Origin: an uncultured Clostridia bacterium
Lineage (GTDB): Bacteria; Bacillota; Clostridia; TANB77; CAG-465
Direction: 5' to 3'
Assembly (NCBI GenBank): GCA_947627255.1
Contig: CANQVI010000004.1
Location: 1 to 61,547 of the forward strand
Length of the DNA stretch: 61,547 bases
Under the pieces are notes generated by a model that was given only the letters and a program-made list of their open reading frames with translations, ran no database searches and was not told the DNA's origin. This document shows positions 30,222 through 40,801 of the stretch, one piece after another. The position numbers and the translations under genes are program-made. Positions within the stretch are counted from its first letter, which is position 1. Every line of letters starts with the position of its first letter.

Positions 30222-30971
30222 CTACATTTTTCCTTTTTCTAATTCAACTGCTATTTCAAGTGCTAATTCTATCATCTCATTTAACCCTGTTTGTCTTTGA
30301 GATGAAGGCATAGCTTCTCCTTTTAATGGCTTATCTGATACAGTAAATATTGCAAGAGCGTTTTTATTTGCAACAAGTGCATTTGTATACAATGCTAGTG
30401 TTTCCATTTCAACACCTAGTACATCACTTTTTGACTCTTGTATTAAAAATTTACTATCTTTATAGAAAGTATCAGATGTATAAATTGTGCCTATTTTTAC
30501 ATTATTTCTCTTAGCACTTTTTTGTTTTGCTATTTCCATTAACTTTTCAGATGCAACAGGATATACATCATACTCATTTTCAACAATATAATTTGAATCT
30601 GTAATAACATCTTCGGCAATTATTATATCTCCAAGATTTACACTTTTACAAATATCACTAGCTTCATCATTATCTAATGAGCCAGCACTACCAATTCTAA
30701 TTATATTATCTACATCATAGCCTTCATATAGTTCTTTTGAATATATAGCCATTGATGGTACACCCATTCCACTTCCTTGAACGGAAATAGTTACTCCTTT
30801 ATATTTTCCAGTATATCCAAGCATACCTCTAACATTATTATATAATTTAGCATCTTCCAAAAAATTTTCTGCTATGTATTTTGCTCTTAATGGATCGCCT
30901 GGCATTAATACAGTACTTGCAATATCTCCAAATTTTGCCTCGTTATGAGGTGTTGGTACATCTATTTTCAT
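30222..30971 (-). CDS. deoD: purine nucleoside phosphorylase, DeoD type
   Basis: TPH, VLMPGDPLRA, GMGVPS, RIGSAG, GVEME. Confidence 0.95.
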   Translation of the reverse strand: MKIDVPTPHNEAKFGDIASTVLMPGDPLRAKYIAENFLEDAKLYNNVRGMLGYTGKYKGVTISVQGSGMGVPSMAIYSKELYEGYDVDNIIRIGSAGSLDNDEASDICKSVNLGDIIIAEDVITDSNYIVENEYDVYPVASEKLMEIAKQKSAKRNNVKIGTIYTSDTFYKDSKFLIQESKSDVLGVEMETLALYTNALVANKNALAIFTVSDKPLKGEAMPSSQRQTGLNEMIELALEIAVELEKGKM

Positions 30972-31045
30972 ATTCTACCTCCAAAATCTATTTAGATTAT
31001 ATACTATTTTATTTTTTAATGCAAGAAAAAAAGAATACTAGTATT

Positions 31046-31465
31046 TTAGTATTCTTCTTGATTTACATTATTAAACCCTCTCCTATATAAATATGCTTTT
31101 TGTTTTAAAGGCTCCATATTTTTTAATTTGCCATTTAATAGTTTTTCTATAAGCAGTCTTTCATATTCTTTTCCGTTAAATTCTTCAATTTTTTTATGTA
31201 CTAAGTTTTTGTCTATTCCTTTTTGTATTAGTTTCATCTTAATTTCATACAATGAATACTTAGGAATATTTATACTTTGCCTTAGATATGAATCTACATA
31301 TTTGGAATCATCTATATATCCTATTTCCTTTAAATACTCAATTACATCATTAATAACATCATCTTCAACATTTATCTTTTTTAATTTATTTCTTACTTCT
31401 AATTCTGTTCTTAATGCTAAAACTAAATATTTAACTGCCTTTTCTTTTGCTTCTTCGAAATTCAT
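31046..31465 (-). CDS. recX: RecX regulatory protein
   Basis: RTELEVRNKL, GYIDD, YLYRRGF; downstream of recA. Confidence 0.9.
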   Translation of the reverse strand: MNFEEAKEKAVKYLVLALRTELEVRNKLKKINVEDDVINDVIEYLKEIGYIDDSKYVDSYLRQSINIPKYSLYEIKMKLIQKGIDKNLVHKKIEEFNGKEYERLLIEKLLNGKLKNMEPLKQKAYLYRRGFNNVNQEEY

Positions 31466-31510
31466 ATACCTCTCCTAACTTAAAAGGCACATATATATGT
31501 GCCTTTATTT

Positions 31511-32572
31511 TTATTCTTCATCTAATGGAATTTCTTCTTCCTCGTCTTCACTTTCTGTTGTGCCAGTCATACTATTCTCAAAAGCAGTATTAAAGTTTTC
31601 TCTTACTTTATTTTCTATTTCTTTCATAACATCTGGGTTTTCTGCAAGATATACTTTAGCATTTTCTCTACCTTGTCCTATCTTTTGACCATTATATGCA
31701 AACCATGCACCACTCTTATCTACTATATTCATATCTGTAGCAAGATCTAATACACAACCTTCATTTGAAATTCCTTTTCCATATACTATATCAAATACAG
31801 CTTCTCTAAATGGAGGTGCAACTTTATTTTTTACAACTTTAACTTTAGTACGTGTACCCATAACTTCTCCATTTACTTTGATTGCTTCCTGTTTTCTTAC
31901 ATCAAGTCTTACTGAAGCATAGAATTTTAATGCTCTTCCACCTGGAGTTGTCTCTGGATTTCCAAACATTATTCCAACTTTTTCACGTAATTGGTTAATA
32001 AATATAGCAACAGTATTAGATTTATTTAATACACCTGTTAATTTTCTTAATGCTTGAGACATAAGTCTAGCTTGTAATCCAACGTGTGAATCACCCATTT
32101 CACCATCTATTTCTGCCTTAGGAACTAATGCAGCAACTGAGTCAATAGTTATGATATCAACAGCTCCACTTCTTACTAATTGTTCTGCTATTTCAAGTGC
32201 TTGTTCTCCTGTATCTGGTTGTGCAACAATTAAATTATCTACATCTACACCTAAATTTTTAGCATATACTGGATCAAGAGCATGTTCTGCATCAATAAAT
32301 GCAGCAATACCACCTTGTTTTTGAGCCTCTGCTATTGCATGTAAAGCAACTGTAGTTTTACCAGATGATTCTGGTCCAAAGATTTCAACAATTCTTCCTC
32401 TTGGAAAACCACCTATTCCTAATGCAATATCCAAACTTAATGCTCCTGATGGAATTGTATCGATTGAAACATCTCCTACTTCTCCTAATTTCATAACAGC
32501 ACCTTTACCAAAATTTTTCTCAATTTGAGCCATTGCTATGTCTAGTGCTTTTTTTCTTTCTTCAGATATCAT
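31511..32572 (-). CDS. recA: recombinase RecA
   Basis: [31 protein letters not shown]. Confidence 0.99.
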   Translation of the reverse strand: MISEERKKALDIAMAQIEKNFGKGAVMKLGEVGDVSIDTIPSGALSLDIALGIGGFPRGRIVEIFGPESSGKTTVALHAIAEAQKQGGIAAFIDAEHALDPVYAKNLGVDVDNLIVAQPDTGEQALEIAEQLVRSGAVDIITIDSVAALVPKAEIDGEMGDSHVGLQARLMSQALRKLTGVLNKSNTVAIFINQLREKVGIMFGNPETTPGGRALKFYASVRLDVRKQEAIKVNGEVMGTRTKVKVVKNKVAPPFREAVFDIVYGKGISNEGCVLDLATDMNIVDKSGAWFAYNGQKIGQGRENAKVYLAENPDVMKEIENKVRENFNTAFENSMTGTTESEDEEEEIPLDEE

Positions 32573-32597
32573 AATTTTCTCCCCCTTATACGTATTA

Positions 32598-32645
32598 GAA
32601 CGTTTGTTCGTTTATTATTATACTATTAATTTTTTTGTTTGTCAA
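32598..32645 (-). promoter_or_regulatory. recA sigma-A promoter with LexA SOS box
   Basis: TTGACA (32645-32640), 17 bp, TATAAT (32622-32617); GAAC-N4-GTTC at 32598-32609, the Firmicute SOS box. Confidence 0.9.
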
Positions 32646-32830
32646 CACCTTTTTTATACTTTTTTTTACTTCTTAATTTTTATTTATATTTCAATGTTTA
32701 CAAGTATTTTTTTTATTGAGTTGCAAAAAAAATTTTATCTTCTGTATAACGAAATTATATCAGTTGCTTTTAGATTTGTAAATATATTTTTGATTTATTT
32801 TCATCGCAAAATTTCTTATATATAATAAAT

Positions 32831-32857
32831 AAAAACAGAAGAAAAATCTTCTGTTTT
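32831..32857 (-). terminator. intrinsic terminator
   Basis: AAAACAGAAGA/TCTTCTGTTTT stem at the end of the HD-EAL gene. Confidence 0.75.
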
Positions 32858-34487
32858 ACATTATTGATTGGTCTTCTTCTGAATTTAATAATTCATAAAC
32901 CTTTTCATTTATCATATTTATTTCTGGTAATGGTTTTCCAAAATAATATCCTTGAACTAATCTTACTCCTACTAGTTTTAGTGTATCAAGTATTCTTTTG
33001 TCCTCTACTCCTACTGCAATTAAATTTATGTCCTTAGATATTGTATATGTAATTAAGCTATTTATATACTTTTGCTTTTCAAAATCTTTATATATTTCTT
33101 TAATAAATGACATATCAGGAATTATATAATCTATATCTAAATAGCATATATCTTCTATAGTTAATTTATCTAATGTGAAGTCATCAAATGCAACTTTTCC
33201 ACCTTTTAAATGTATACTATTTATTGTTTCTTGTATATCTGTTAAATCTTTATTTTCATAATTTTTAAATTCAATAACTACTTTATTTCTTGCCATCATA
33301 TCGTATATTCTTGGTTTATTTACATAGTTTACATAGCTATTGTAATCTATATTTACCATTATCATATTAGATTCACGATTTACAACATTTTCAAATTGCT
33401 CTATTGCATTAGTAAATAATACTTGTTGTAATTTATCATAATCATTGTAATCTTTTGCTACTTCAAGCAATTTATCTATTCTTATTTTCTTTCCTGTAGT
33501 TATTTGAGATAAAACTTCATATCCATATACACTTTGAGTTTTTAAATCTACAATAGGCTGATATTTTACTCTAACATTCTTTTTAGTAATAATTTCATCT
33601 ATTATTTCTTTTATATCTTTACTAGTTAGTTTTTCTTCTGCCTCTTTAGTTGTTTCTTCATCAGTTTCATCTTTTTTAGCATCACTATTTACTTCTATTT
33701 TCTTTCTATTTTTTTGCATAAAGTAATTATTAGCAAACTCATAATACTTTTCTTTAATAACTTTAAATTCATTATATACTTCTGTATTTTTAGCTTTTGC
33801 ATCTGCATCCTTAACATTTATTAGTAAATAAAATAGCTCTCTATCATCATTAAGACCATTTGCTAAGAAAGTTAAATTTTCTTGTGTAACTTCTTCAGCA
33901 TTTAAATACATATCATGATATCTAATTAAAGTTAATATTATATTTCTTTCATTTTCAGTAAAGTCAAATCTACTTAAAATCGCTGCTGCTAAGTCAACAG
34001 ATTTTTCACTATGACCTACAAAGCTCTCATTGCCATCATCATCTACTTTTTTTACATATGGTTTTCCAATATCATGAAGAAACATAGCCCATTTAATTAT
34101 TTTCTTTTGCCAATCTGCAATAGAAATTTCTGTAACATTAGCATTTTCTATACTAGCAACAATATGATGAAAAACACTATATTTATGATATTTACTATTT
34201 TGCTGACAATTAAATAGATTTTCTCCATACTCATTATATACAAATAGTTCTGGAAAATGTCTATAAAATACATCTTGTTGTGTTATTTTAGGTAAAAAGT
34301 ATGAAACATTTTCATCCATTAAAACTTTTGTATAAATTTCAGTTACTGTTCTAACATTGTCTGCATACATGTTTAGATTATTTATAATATTTCTTAATCT
34401 TCCTCTTTCACTAGCATCTACCATGGTAGCAGAAGTATCTGCAAAATCCATATCAAAGATACCTTCATAAACCTCATATTTTATCAT
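32856..34487 (-). CDS. HD-domain and degenerate EAL-domain fusion protein
   Basis: FPEL..QQNSKYH..SVFHH, LHDIGKP, GH..KS, YHD, AD..AK (HD); YQPIVDL..GYEVL, FDDF, GVED, QGYYFGKP (EAL). Confidence 0.88.
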   Translation of the reverse strand: MIKYEVYEGIFDMDFADTSATMVDASERGRLRNIINNLNMYADNVRTVTEIYTKVLMDENVSYFLPKITQQDVFYRHFPELFVYNEYGENLFNCQQNSKYHKYSVFHHIVASIENANVTEISIADWQKKIIKWAMFLHDIGKPYVKKVDDDGNESFVGHSEKSVDLAAAILSRFDFTENERNIILTLIRYHDMYLNAEEVTQENLTFLANGLNDDRELFYLLINVKDADAKAKNTEVYNEFKVIKEKYYEFANNYFMQKNRKKIEVNSDAKKDETDEETTKEAEEKLTSKDIKEIIDEIITKKNVRVKYQPIVDLKTQSVYGYEVLSQITTGKKIRIDKLLEVAKDYNDYDKLQQVLFTNAIEQFENVVNRESNMIMVNIDYNSYVNYVNKPRIYDMMARNKVVIEFKNYENKDLTDIQETINSIHLKGGKVAFDDFTLDKLTIEDICYLDIDYIIPDMSFIKEIYKDFEKQKYINSLITYTISKDINLIAVGVEDKRILDTLKLVGVRLVQGYYFGKPLPEINMINEKVYELLNSEEDQSIM

Positions 34488-34618
34488 ATTTTATCCTCTC
34501 TAATAAAAAATATAATTACACTATATATATTACTATAAATGTTTTTAATTTGCAAGTAGTAATACTAGTTATAATTATGTTAAATTTTCACTTTTTTAGT
34601 AACTTTATATTTATTTAG

Positions 34619-34705
34619 TTGACATTTTTACAAAAAAAATGTATAATATACGAGTATCGTATAGTTAGTCAAACTATAACCCCGGAAAATTTGACTTTCT
34701 AAGAT
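34619..34705 (+). promoter_or_regulatory. rplM sigma-A promoter and structured leader (possible L13-type autoregulatory leader)
   Basis: TTGACA (34619), 17 bp, TATAAT (34642); leader has TATAGTT/AACTATA and AGTCAAA/TTTGACT pairings around CCCCGG. Confidence 0.65.
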
Positions 34706-34728
34706 TATATTTTAGGAGGATAAATTAA

Positions 34729-35163
34729 ATGAATAATACTACACATAGCGTAAAAGCTAATGAAATCGAAAAAAAATGGTATATTCTAGATGCAGCTAAT
34801 AAGCCACTTGGTAGAGTAGCTACAGAGGCAGCTAGACTTTTAAGAGGTAAACACAAACCTACTTATTCTACACACATGGATTGTGGAGATAATGTTATTG
34901 TTTTAAACTCAGATAAAATAGTTTTAACTGGTAACAAATTAAACGATAAAGTATATAGACGTCATTCAGAATACATGACTGGTCTTAAAGAAACATCTTA
35001 TAAAGATTTAATGGCAAACAATTCTGATAAAGCTGTTATGTTAGCTGTTAAAGGTATGCTACCAAAAAATTCTTTAGGTAGAGAAATGTTAACTAAATTA
35101 AGAGTATTTAAAGGTGCTGAGCACAATCATGAAGCTCAAAAACCTGAAATATGGAATTTTTAG
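34729..35163 (+). CDS. rplM: 50S ribosomal protein L13
   Basis: KWYILDA, LGRVA, LRGKHKP, KGMLPKN, HEAQKP. Confidence 0.98.
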   Translation: MNNTTHSVKANEIEKKWYILDAANKPLGRVATEAARLLRGKHKPTYSTHMDCGDNVIVLNSDKIVLTGNKLNDKVYRRHSEYMTGLKETSYKDLMANNSDKAVMLAVKGMLPKNSLGREMLTKLRVFKGAEHNHEAQKPEIWNF

Positions 35164-35176
35164 GAGGAATTAAAAA

Positions 35177-35572
35177 ATGGCAAAAAAAGAATATATTTAT
35201 GCAACAGGAAAAAGAAAATCTTCAATAGCAAGAGTAAACATTATTCCTGGTACTGGTAAAATAACAATAAATAAAAAAGACTTAAATGAAATCTATACTT
35301 TAGATACTTTAAAAGCTATAGTTTTAAAACCTTTTACAGTTGCTAACATGATGGAAAAATATGATGTAGAAGCTACAGTTCATGGTGGCGGTTTTGCTGG
35401 TCAAGCTGGTGCTGTTTCACATGGTATTGCAAAAGCATTAGCAACAACCGATCCAGAAGTTCATGCTGTATTAAAAAGAAATGGTCTTTTAACTAGAGAT
35501 TCTAGAGTAAAAGAAAGAAGAAAATACGGTCTTAAAAAAGCAAGAAAAGCACCTCAATTCTCAAAGAGATAG
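35177..35572 (+). CDS. rpsI: 30S ribosomal protein S9
   Basis: TGKRKSS, GGG..GQAGA, KARKAPQFSKR. Confidence 0.98.
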   Translation: MAKKEYIYATGKRKSSIARVNIIPGTGKITINKKDLNEIYTLDTLKAIVLKPFTVANMMEKYDVEATVHGGGFAGQAGAVSHGIAKALATTDPEVHAVLKRNGLLTRDSRVKERRKYGLKKARKAPQFSKR

Positions 35573-35598
35573 GAAGCTTTTTACAAAAAAGATTATAC

Positions 35599-35632
35599 AA
35601 AAACTCGGAAGTTTTATCTTCCGAGTTTTTTT
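35599..35632. terminator. bidirectional terminator
   Basis: AAAAACTCGGAAG/CTTCCGAGTTTTT. Confidence 0.88.
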
Positions 35633-35646
35633 GTTACCTATTAATA

Positions 35647-36222
35647 TTATTTGTTATTCTTCTTAGTAAATAAAACTGTTGTATATATTAACAATGTTCC
35701 TAAAGTTGCTGTTATTAGTTGAGTTACTCCCATTGATGTACTTAAAGTATTTTTAGCAACTTCTGGTATATTTACAAGTGAACTCATTATTAAAAAGCCA
35801 CCATATATTAGTGCAACTTTTACTAATATTGCTACTGCACCTGAAATTACATAGTTTATTTTTTTATTTACAAATAGCACTTTAAATATTAAAATTAATG
35901 CAAAATTTCCAAGCCAAATTGCTGGTATCATCAATTTTGAATATAAAGTAATATTGCTAAATAGTACTCCTCCTAATATTGTAGACATTGAAGGTAAAGT
36001 TGCCATAGCTATAGTCTTAATATTACCTTTTGTATATAATGCTACAGATATTAAAGATGCATTTACAATTGTTCCAACAACTATTTGTTGATATTTTCCA
36101 AGTGGTACTATTTTAGCTAAAAATGTTGGTACAAAACATGCTCCTAAAATTATTAATAATGTAATAATTACATTCATAGATTTTTTGGTATCTATATATT
36201 GTTTTCTTAATACTTCTAACAT
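35647..36222 (-). CDS. membrane protein, probable ECF transporter S-component
   Basis: About 6 TM; Q.VVGTIVNA, P.I.LGN and QLITA..G pattern. Confidence 0.65.
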   Translation of the reverse strand: MLEVLRKQYIDTKKSMNVIITLLIILGACFVPTFLAKIVPLGKYQQIVVGTIVNASLISVALYTKGNIKTIAMATLPSMSTILGGVLFSNITLYSKLMIPAIWLGNFALILIFKVLFVNKKINYVISGAVAILVKVALIYGGFLIMSSLVNIPEVAKNTLSTSMGVTQLITATLGTLLIYTTVLFTKKNNK

Positions 36223-36279
36223 ATAATCCCCCTCTTTTCAAAAAGATACTATCATAAATATTTAATTTAAGCAATATTA

Positions 36280-37530
36280 TTATTCTAAAAATTTTATTAT
36301 AGAATTTGCTGCTTCTCTACCAGCTCGTGCAGCCCAAGCTACAGTAGCTTTATTTCCGGCCACATCTCCACCTGAAAATATTTTAGGATTTGAAGTTTGA
36401 TGATTTTCATCTACCTTAATGCAGTTCCATTTATCTAGCTCAAGATTTAACTTATCTAAAACACTTTTTTCAGTTTTTGAGCCTACAGCCATAATAACAT
36501 AGTCCATATCTAATAAATAATTACTTCCTTCTATATTTACAGGGCTTAATCTTTCTTCATTTTCTTTCTTTTTTAATTCTGTTTTTATGCATTCTATTTT
36601 TTCTACTTTTTTACTACCTATTATTTTTAATATATTAGTCTGAAATAAAAAGTCTATCTTTTCTTCTTGAGCCTCTTTAATTTCCTTTCTTTCAGCAGGC
36701 ATTTGCTCCATAGCTCTTCTATATATTATAGTTACTTTATTTGCTCCAAGTCTTTTTACAGTTCTTGCCGTATCAATAGCTACATTACCACCACCTATTA
36801 TTGCAACATTTTTATTAATATAATTTGGATGAATATTACTTTCTAATAATTCATTTCCACCATATACTCCATTTAGATTTTCGCCTTCAATATTCATTTT
36901 TGATGATACATTTGCACCTATTGCTATATAGATAGCATCATATTCTTTTTCTAATTCTTCTAGCTTTAAATTTTTTCCTAGTTCTTTTTCAAGTTCAACT
37001 TTTATTCCTAATTCTAATATCTTATTTATTGCTTTTTCTAGTATATCTTTAGATAATCTAAAATCTGGTATTCCGTGATATAGTAGTCCTCCTAAATGAT
37101 TATGTTTTTCAAATATAGTAACATCATAACCAGCTCTTGCTAAAAACGAAGCGCAAGTAATTCCTGATGGGCCAGCACCTATTACTGCAACTTTTTTATC
37201 TATTTTTTTAGATGTAAATTTAGGTATCTTCCAATTATTTTCTATTGCTAAATCTCCTATATAGCTTTCTAAATTTCCTATTTCTACAGCCTCATTTTTA
37301 ATTTTCCTTATACATTTTCCTTGACATTGTTTTTCATGAGGACATACTCTACCACAAATAGATTGTAGCACTGTAGTATTGCATAAAAGTTCGTATGCTT
37401 CCTTGTCTTTTCCTTCTTTTATTAGTCTTATAAACTCCATAGTATCATTTCCTAGCGGACATCCATCATGGCATGGTCTTTTAGGACAGCTTAAGCAATA
37501 TTTGGCTTTTTCAATTATTTCTTCTTTCAT
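36280..37530 (-). CDS. GltD/SudA-like NAD(P)H-dependent Fe-S flavin oxidoreductase
   Basis: CLSC...PC..GCP and CGRVCP..QC..C Fe-S motifs; GAGPSG; GGGNVAID; GGD. Confidence 0.9.
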   Translation of the reverse strand: MKEEIIEKAKYCLSCPKRPCHDGCPLGNDTMEFIRLIKEGKDKEAYELLCNTTVLQSICGRVCPHEKQCQGKCIRKIKNEAVEIGNLESYIGDLAIENNWKIPKFTSKKIDKKVAVIGAGPSGITCASFLARAGYDVTIFEKHNHLGGLLYHGIPDFRLSKDILEKAINKILELGIKVELEKELGKNLKLEELEKEYDAIYIAIGANVSSKMNIEGENLNGVYGGNELLESNIHPNYINKNVAIIGGGNVAIDTARTVKRLGANKVTIIYRRAMEQMPAERKEIKEAQEEKIDFLFQTNILKIIGSKKVEKIECIKTELKKKENEERLSPVNIEGSNYLLDMDYVIMAVGSKTEKSVLDKLNLELDKWNCIKVDENHQTSNPKIFSGGDVAGNKATVAWAARAGREAANSIIKFLE

Positions 37531-37623
37531 AATTTTCTCCTCATATAAGTATATTACACATCAAAATAGCTTTAAAGTCAATAGAAAAAAAGATTGCAAT
37601 AAGCAATCTTTTTAACTTAAACA

Positions 37624-38442
37624 TTAAAGTACATATTTACTTAAGAAGTATGCTACTCCATCTTCATCATTAGTAAGTGTGACATAGTCAGCTTTAGCTT
37701 TTAATTCATCATTAGCATTTCCCATAGCAACTTTTATTCCACAAGAATTAAACATTGAAGTATCATTAATATGGTCTCCAAAGCACATTGCATCTTCTTT
37801 AGCTACATTAAATGCATTTAAATACTCTTTTATAGCATTACCTTTACTAGACTTTATATCGTTAACATCTATATAATAATGTGATTCATTTCTTAGTCCA
37901 TTTATATATGCTCTTGAACAATTTAATATTTCTAACTCACTATTATTTTTTATATAGTTTATCATTTCTGTCATTTTATCATAAGAATTTGTTTCAATTA
38001 CAAGTTGATACACATCCTTATTTTCTATTTCATTAAGATTTTTTATAATCTTATCTCCTGGATTCATTTTTCTCATTAAGTACTTATTTCCATATCTAAT
38101 ATCACTACAATTTAATATAAAACCTTCTTCTTTTGAATTAATATACTCCATAACTTTTTTTAGTACATCTTTGCTTATAATATTTTTATATATTACTTCA
38201 TCAGTTAAATAATCATAAATTTGTGAACCATTACTAGATATTATTTGTGAACTTGCATTAGCTAGTCTGCTTTTTATTTGTGTATATTGATTAGATCTTC
38301 CAGAGCACAAAACTATACTTATTCCCTTTTGAACGACTTTAGCAATAACTTCGCTAGTTTTTAAAGTTACTTCTTTTTTGCTATTTGTTAAAGTACCATC
38401 AATATCTACAAAAATAACTTTTACATTATTTAGCTTCTGCAT
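37624..38442 (-). CDS. Cof-type HAD-IIB hydrolase
   Basis: DIDGTL, SGR, SKG, FGDHIND..M, AMGNA, DGVA. Confidence 0.93.
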   Translation of the reverse strand: MQKLNNVKVIFVDIDGTLTNSKKEVTLKTSEVIAKVVQKGISIVLCSGRSNQYTQIKSRLANASSQIISSNGSQIYDYLTDEVIYKNIISKDVLKKVMEYINSKEEGFILNCSDIRYGNKYLMRKMNPGDKIIKNLNEIENKDVYQLVIETNSYDKMTEMINYIKNNSELEILNCSRAYINGLRNESHYYIDVNDIKSSKGNAIKEYLNAFNVAKEDAMCFGDHINDTSMFNSCGIKVAMGNANDELKAKADYVTLTNDEDGVAYFLSKYVL

Positions 38443-38505
38443 GTTTACCACCTTCTATTTGTATTATATAACAGTAATTTGTTTTTTTCCATAGCAAACA
38501 GCTTT

Positions 38506-39186
38506 TTATTCTAATAAATTCATTACATCAGATTCTTCTTTTAAATCTAAATTGTAATATGTATCTGGTATTTCACCATTTATTATAGTTTCTGCCATAA
38601 CAATTTCTTTTTCATAAAATTGGTCATTTACATATATAGGTGCAATTATAGTAAAAGAAGTTTTTATCTTTAAAATTATTCTATGTCGTGTCTGATTTAT
38701 TCCAACACTATCAAATTCAGAAATACAATCTATTTTAGTATCTCCAAGCGGACTAGTTTTTATATTTAACTTTATTCCAGCGCCACTAAAAATTCCCGCA
38801 TTAAAAAATAATCCTATTGGTATTTTTATTTTACTCGATTCAATTTTAGATATGTTATTTTCTATATCTGTTGCTAAATAATTAGATATTTTATTTAATT
38901 CCTTAGTATTTGTCTTTAAAGCTATTATTTTTCCATTTTCATCAAGAACCTCTGAAACTATACTATCATATGTGATATTGCTTAAATTGGTCCTTATTGC
39001 TTCTTCTGTGGCCCTCATAGCTAATGTATATGCATTTGATTTTGTAAAATTTAACAAAACAGGCTCTATTACCTTTATATATAGTGTTGTTATACTAGAA
39101 AACATAACTAAAAATATAAAAAATAAGACAAATGATTTTTCATTTTTCATTTGTCTTAATGATAATTTATAATACTTAGCTCTCAT
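38506..39186 (-). CDS. yunB: sporulation protein YunB
   Basis: N-terminal TM, IPIG, SEFDSVGINQTRHRI, ETIINGEIPDTY. Confidence 0.9.
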   Translation of the reverse strand: MRAKYYKLSLRQMKNEKSFVLFFIFLVMFSSITTLYIKVIEPVLLNFTKSNAYTLAMRATEEAIRTNLSNITYDSIVSEVLDENGKIIALKTNTKELNKISNYLATDIENNISKIESSKIKIPIGLFFNAGIFSGAGIKLNIKTSPLGDTKIDCISEFDSVGINQTRHRIILKIKTSFTIIAPIYVNDQFYEKEIVMAETIINGEIPDTYYNLDLKEESDVMNLLE

Positions 39187-40712
39187 TATCTAATTATTAA
39201 TATTTTTTGTCCAATATCAATCATATTAGGGTCTTCTAGCTTATTAATTTTTATAATATTTTCCATGCTAGTTTTATATTTTTTAGCTATTTTCCATATA
39301 CTATCTCCTGGTTTTACTATATATATATTTATGCTACTGATATTTTTTAAATTTATTGGTGCATCTTTAATTTCTTCTATTGAGCTTATATTCAAAACAT
39401 TTTCAACATTAATCTTAACAGTAATAATTATTTTTATATCTATTCCCATACCATTTTGTATTACATTAATTGTTACATCATCTATTTTTATATGTATATT
39501 TGAATTTTTCCACGAATCTTCTAGTAAAAAATCTTGATTTACCATTATATCTATAGTCTTATTTTCTAGTTCGTTATTTTCTTTATTTTGAATTAAAATA
39601 TTTAGTTTAGCTATCCCATTAACTTTAATGCTATCATTTTCCAGCACTGGTAATATACCATTTGTATCTAAACTATACTCTACAATTCTACCACCTTCTG
39701 GAATTATATCACTTATTGTTTCATTTATATTTATTTCTTTTGATACATCAAATTCATCTGCTGATATAGAAATATCTTTAACTTCATAATCTAAGTCTCT
39801 AGATCTACTATAAAAATCATCTATATACTCTATCTCCTCTTTTTCATATAATGAAACATTATTTTCTATTTTATAATCTACATTCAACGTTCTTTGATCT
39901 ATATCTGGATTTAGTCTAATATTTAAATCTCTTATTATATAGTCTATATTAAATTTTGATTTTTCTGAAATGTTATCTAATTCAATCATACTTGAAAAAG
40001 GTAGTTCTACTTTTTCACTACAAATTTTTTTATCTTCACCGATATATACCATACTTATTTCTATTATGCCTTTTAGCATTAATTTATTATAGCTTTCTTT
40101 ATATTCTGTATCTTTTATTTTTGCCTTAACTTTTAATATTTCATAAATTGCTGAAGATTCTTTTTTTATCATTACATCATCTGAAGACGCAATAATAGTT
40201 CTTTTCTTCTCTTTTATATTGTTAAACCAATTTTTACATTTATTATATTCAATATCATTATCTGATGGAAAATCTTTAATAATATCTACATTTACACTTT
40301 CTTCAATTTCTATGTTAAAACATACCTCATTTTTAATCGCTACTTTTCTTTCATTTGGTAAAGAATATATTATATTTTTTAATTTAGATTTTATTACTAC
40401 ATCCTCTTTATTTTTTATATTATTTTTTTCCAAATTTACAATATATGGATGTGAAACATTTAGACCTCTTATGCTCATTTCCTCGTCATTGGCTCTATAT
40501 ATAACAGAATAATTTATCTTACCTACTATTTTTACTCTACCATTATTTATTTCTAAATCATTAATATATGGTGTTGATGTTATATTAATAATTTTTACTG
40601 CATCTGGCATATTATCTGGTACTATAATATCTTGTTCTATCCACCTCTCATCCTTTTCTATAACCTTTAATTTATTTAAGTTTAACTTCATATTACTGAT
40701 ACTAACACTCAT
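39186..40712 (-). CDS. sipL: SPOCS (DUF3794) repeat plus LysM spore coat morphogenetic protein, SipL-like
   Basis: DIIVPD.MPD..KI, three repeated beta-rich domains, C-terminal LysM (YIVKPGDSIWKIAKKY); downstream of veg. Confidence 0.85.
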   Translation of the reverse strand: MSVSISNMKLNLNKLKVIEKDERWIEQDIIVPDNMPDAVKIINITSTPYINDLEINNGRVKIVGKINYSVIYRANDEEMSIRGLNVSHPYIVNLEKNNIKNKEDVVIKSKLKNIIYSLPNERKVAIKNEVCFNIEIEESVNVDIIKDFPSDNDIEYNKCKNWFNNIKEKKRTIIASSDDVMIKKESSAIYEILKVKAKIKDTEYKESYNKLMLKGIIEISMVYIGEDKKICSEKVELPFSSMIELDNISEKSKFNIDYIIRDLNIRLNPDIDQRTLNVDYKIENNVSLYEKEEIEYIDDFYSRSRDLDYEVKDISISADEFDVSKEININETISDIIPEGGRIVEYSLDTNGILPVLENDSIKVNGIAKLNILIQNKENNELENKTIDIMVNQDFLLEDSWKNSNIHIKIDDVTINVIQNGMGIDIKIIITVKINVENVLNISSIEEIKDAPINLKNISSINIYIVKPGDSIWKIAKKYKTSMENIIKINKLEDPNMIDIGQKILIIR

Positions 40713-40801
40713 CTACTTATCCTCCTTATTAATATATATATATTTAAAGGTTAAAAAAATATTACCTCTGTAACAAAAAAGGTAATATAGCATAATATAT
40801 A

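Noticed and set aside
32680-32830. Possible plus-strand sRNA upstream of recA, and an ATATTTCAA word shared with about 58400
   Set aside because: The -10 match is poor (TATAAC), no clear structure is evident, and a 9-mer match is expected by chance in such AT-rich DNA.
34667-34696. AGTCAAA words in the rplM leader as a CtsR box
   Set aside because: They are inverted and widely spaced, which fits RNA pairing. CtsR needs a direct repeat with a 3-bp spacer.
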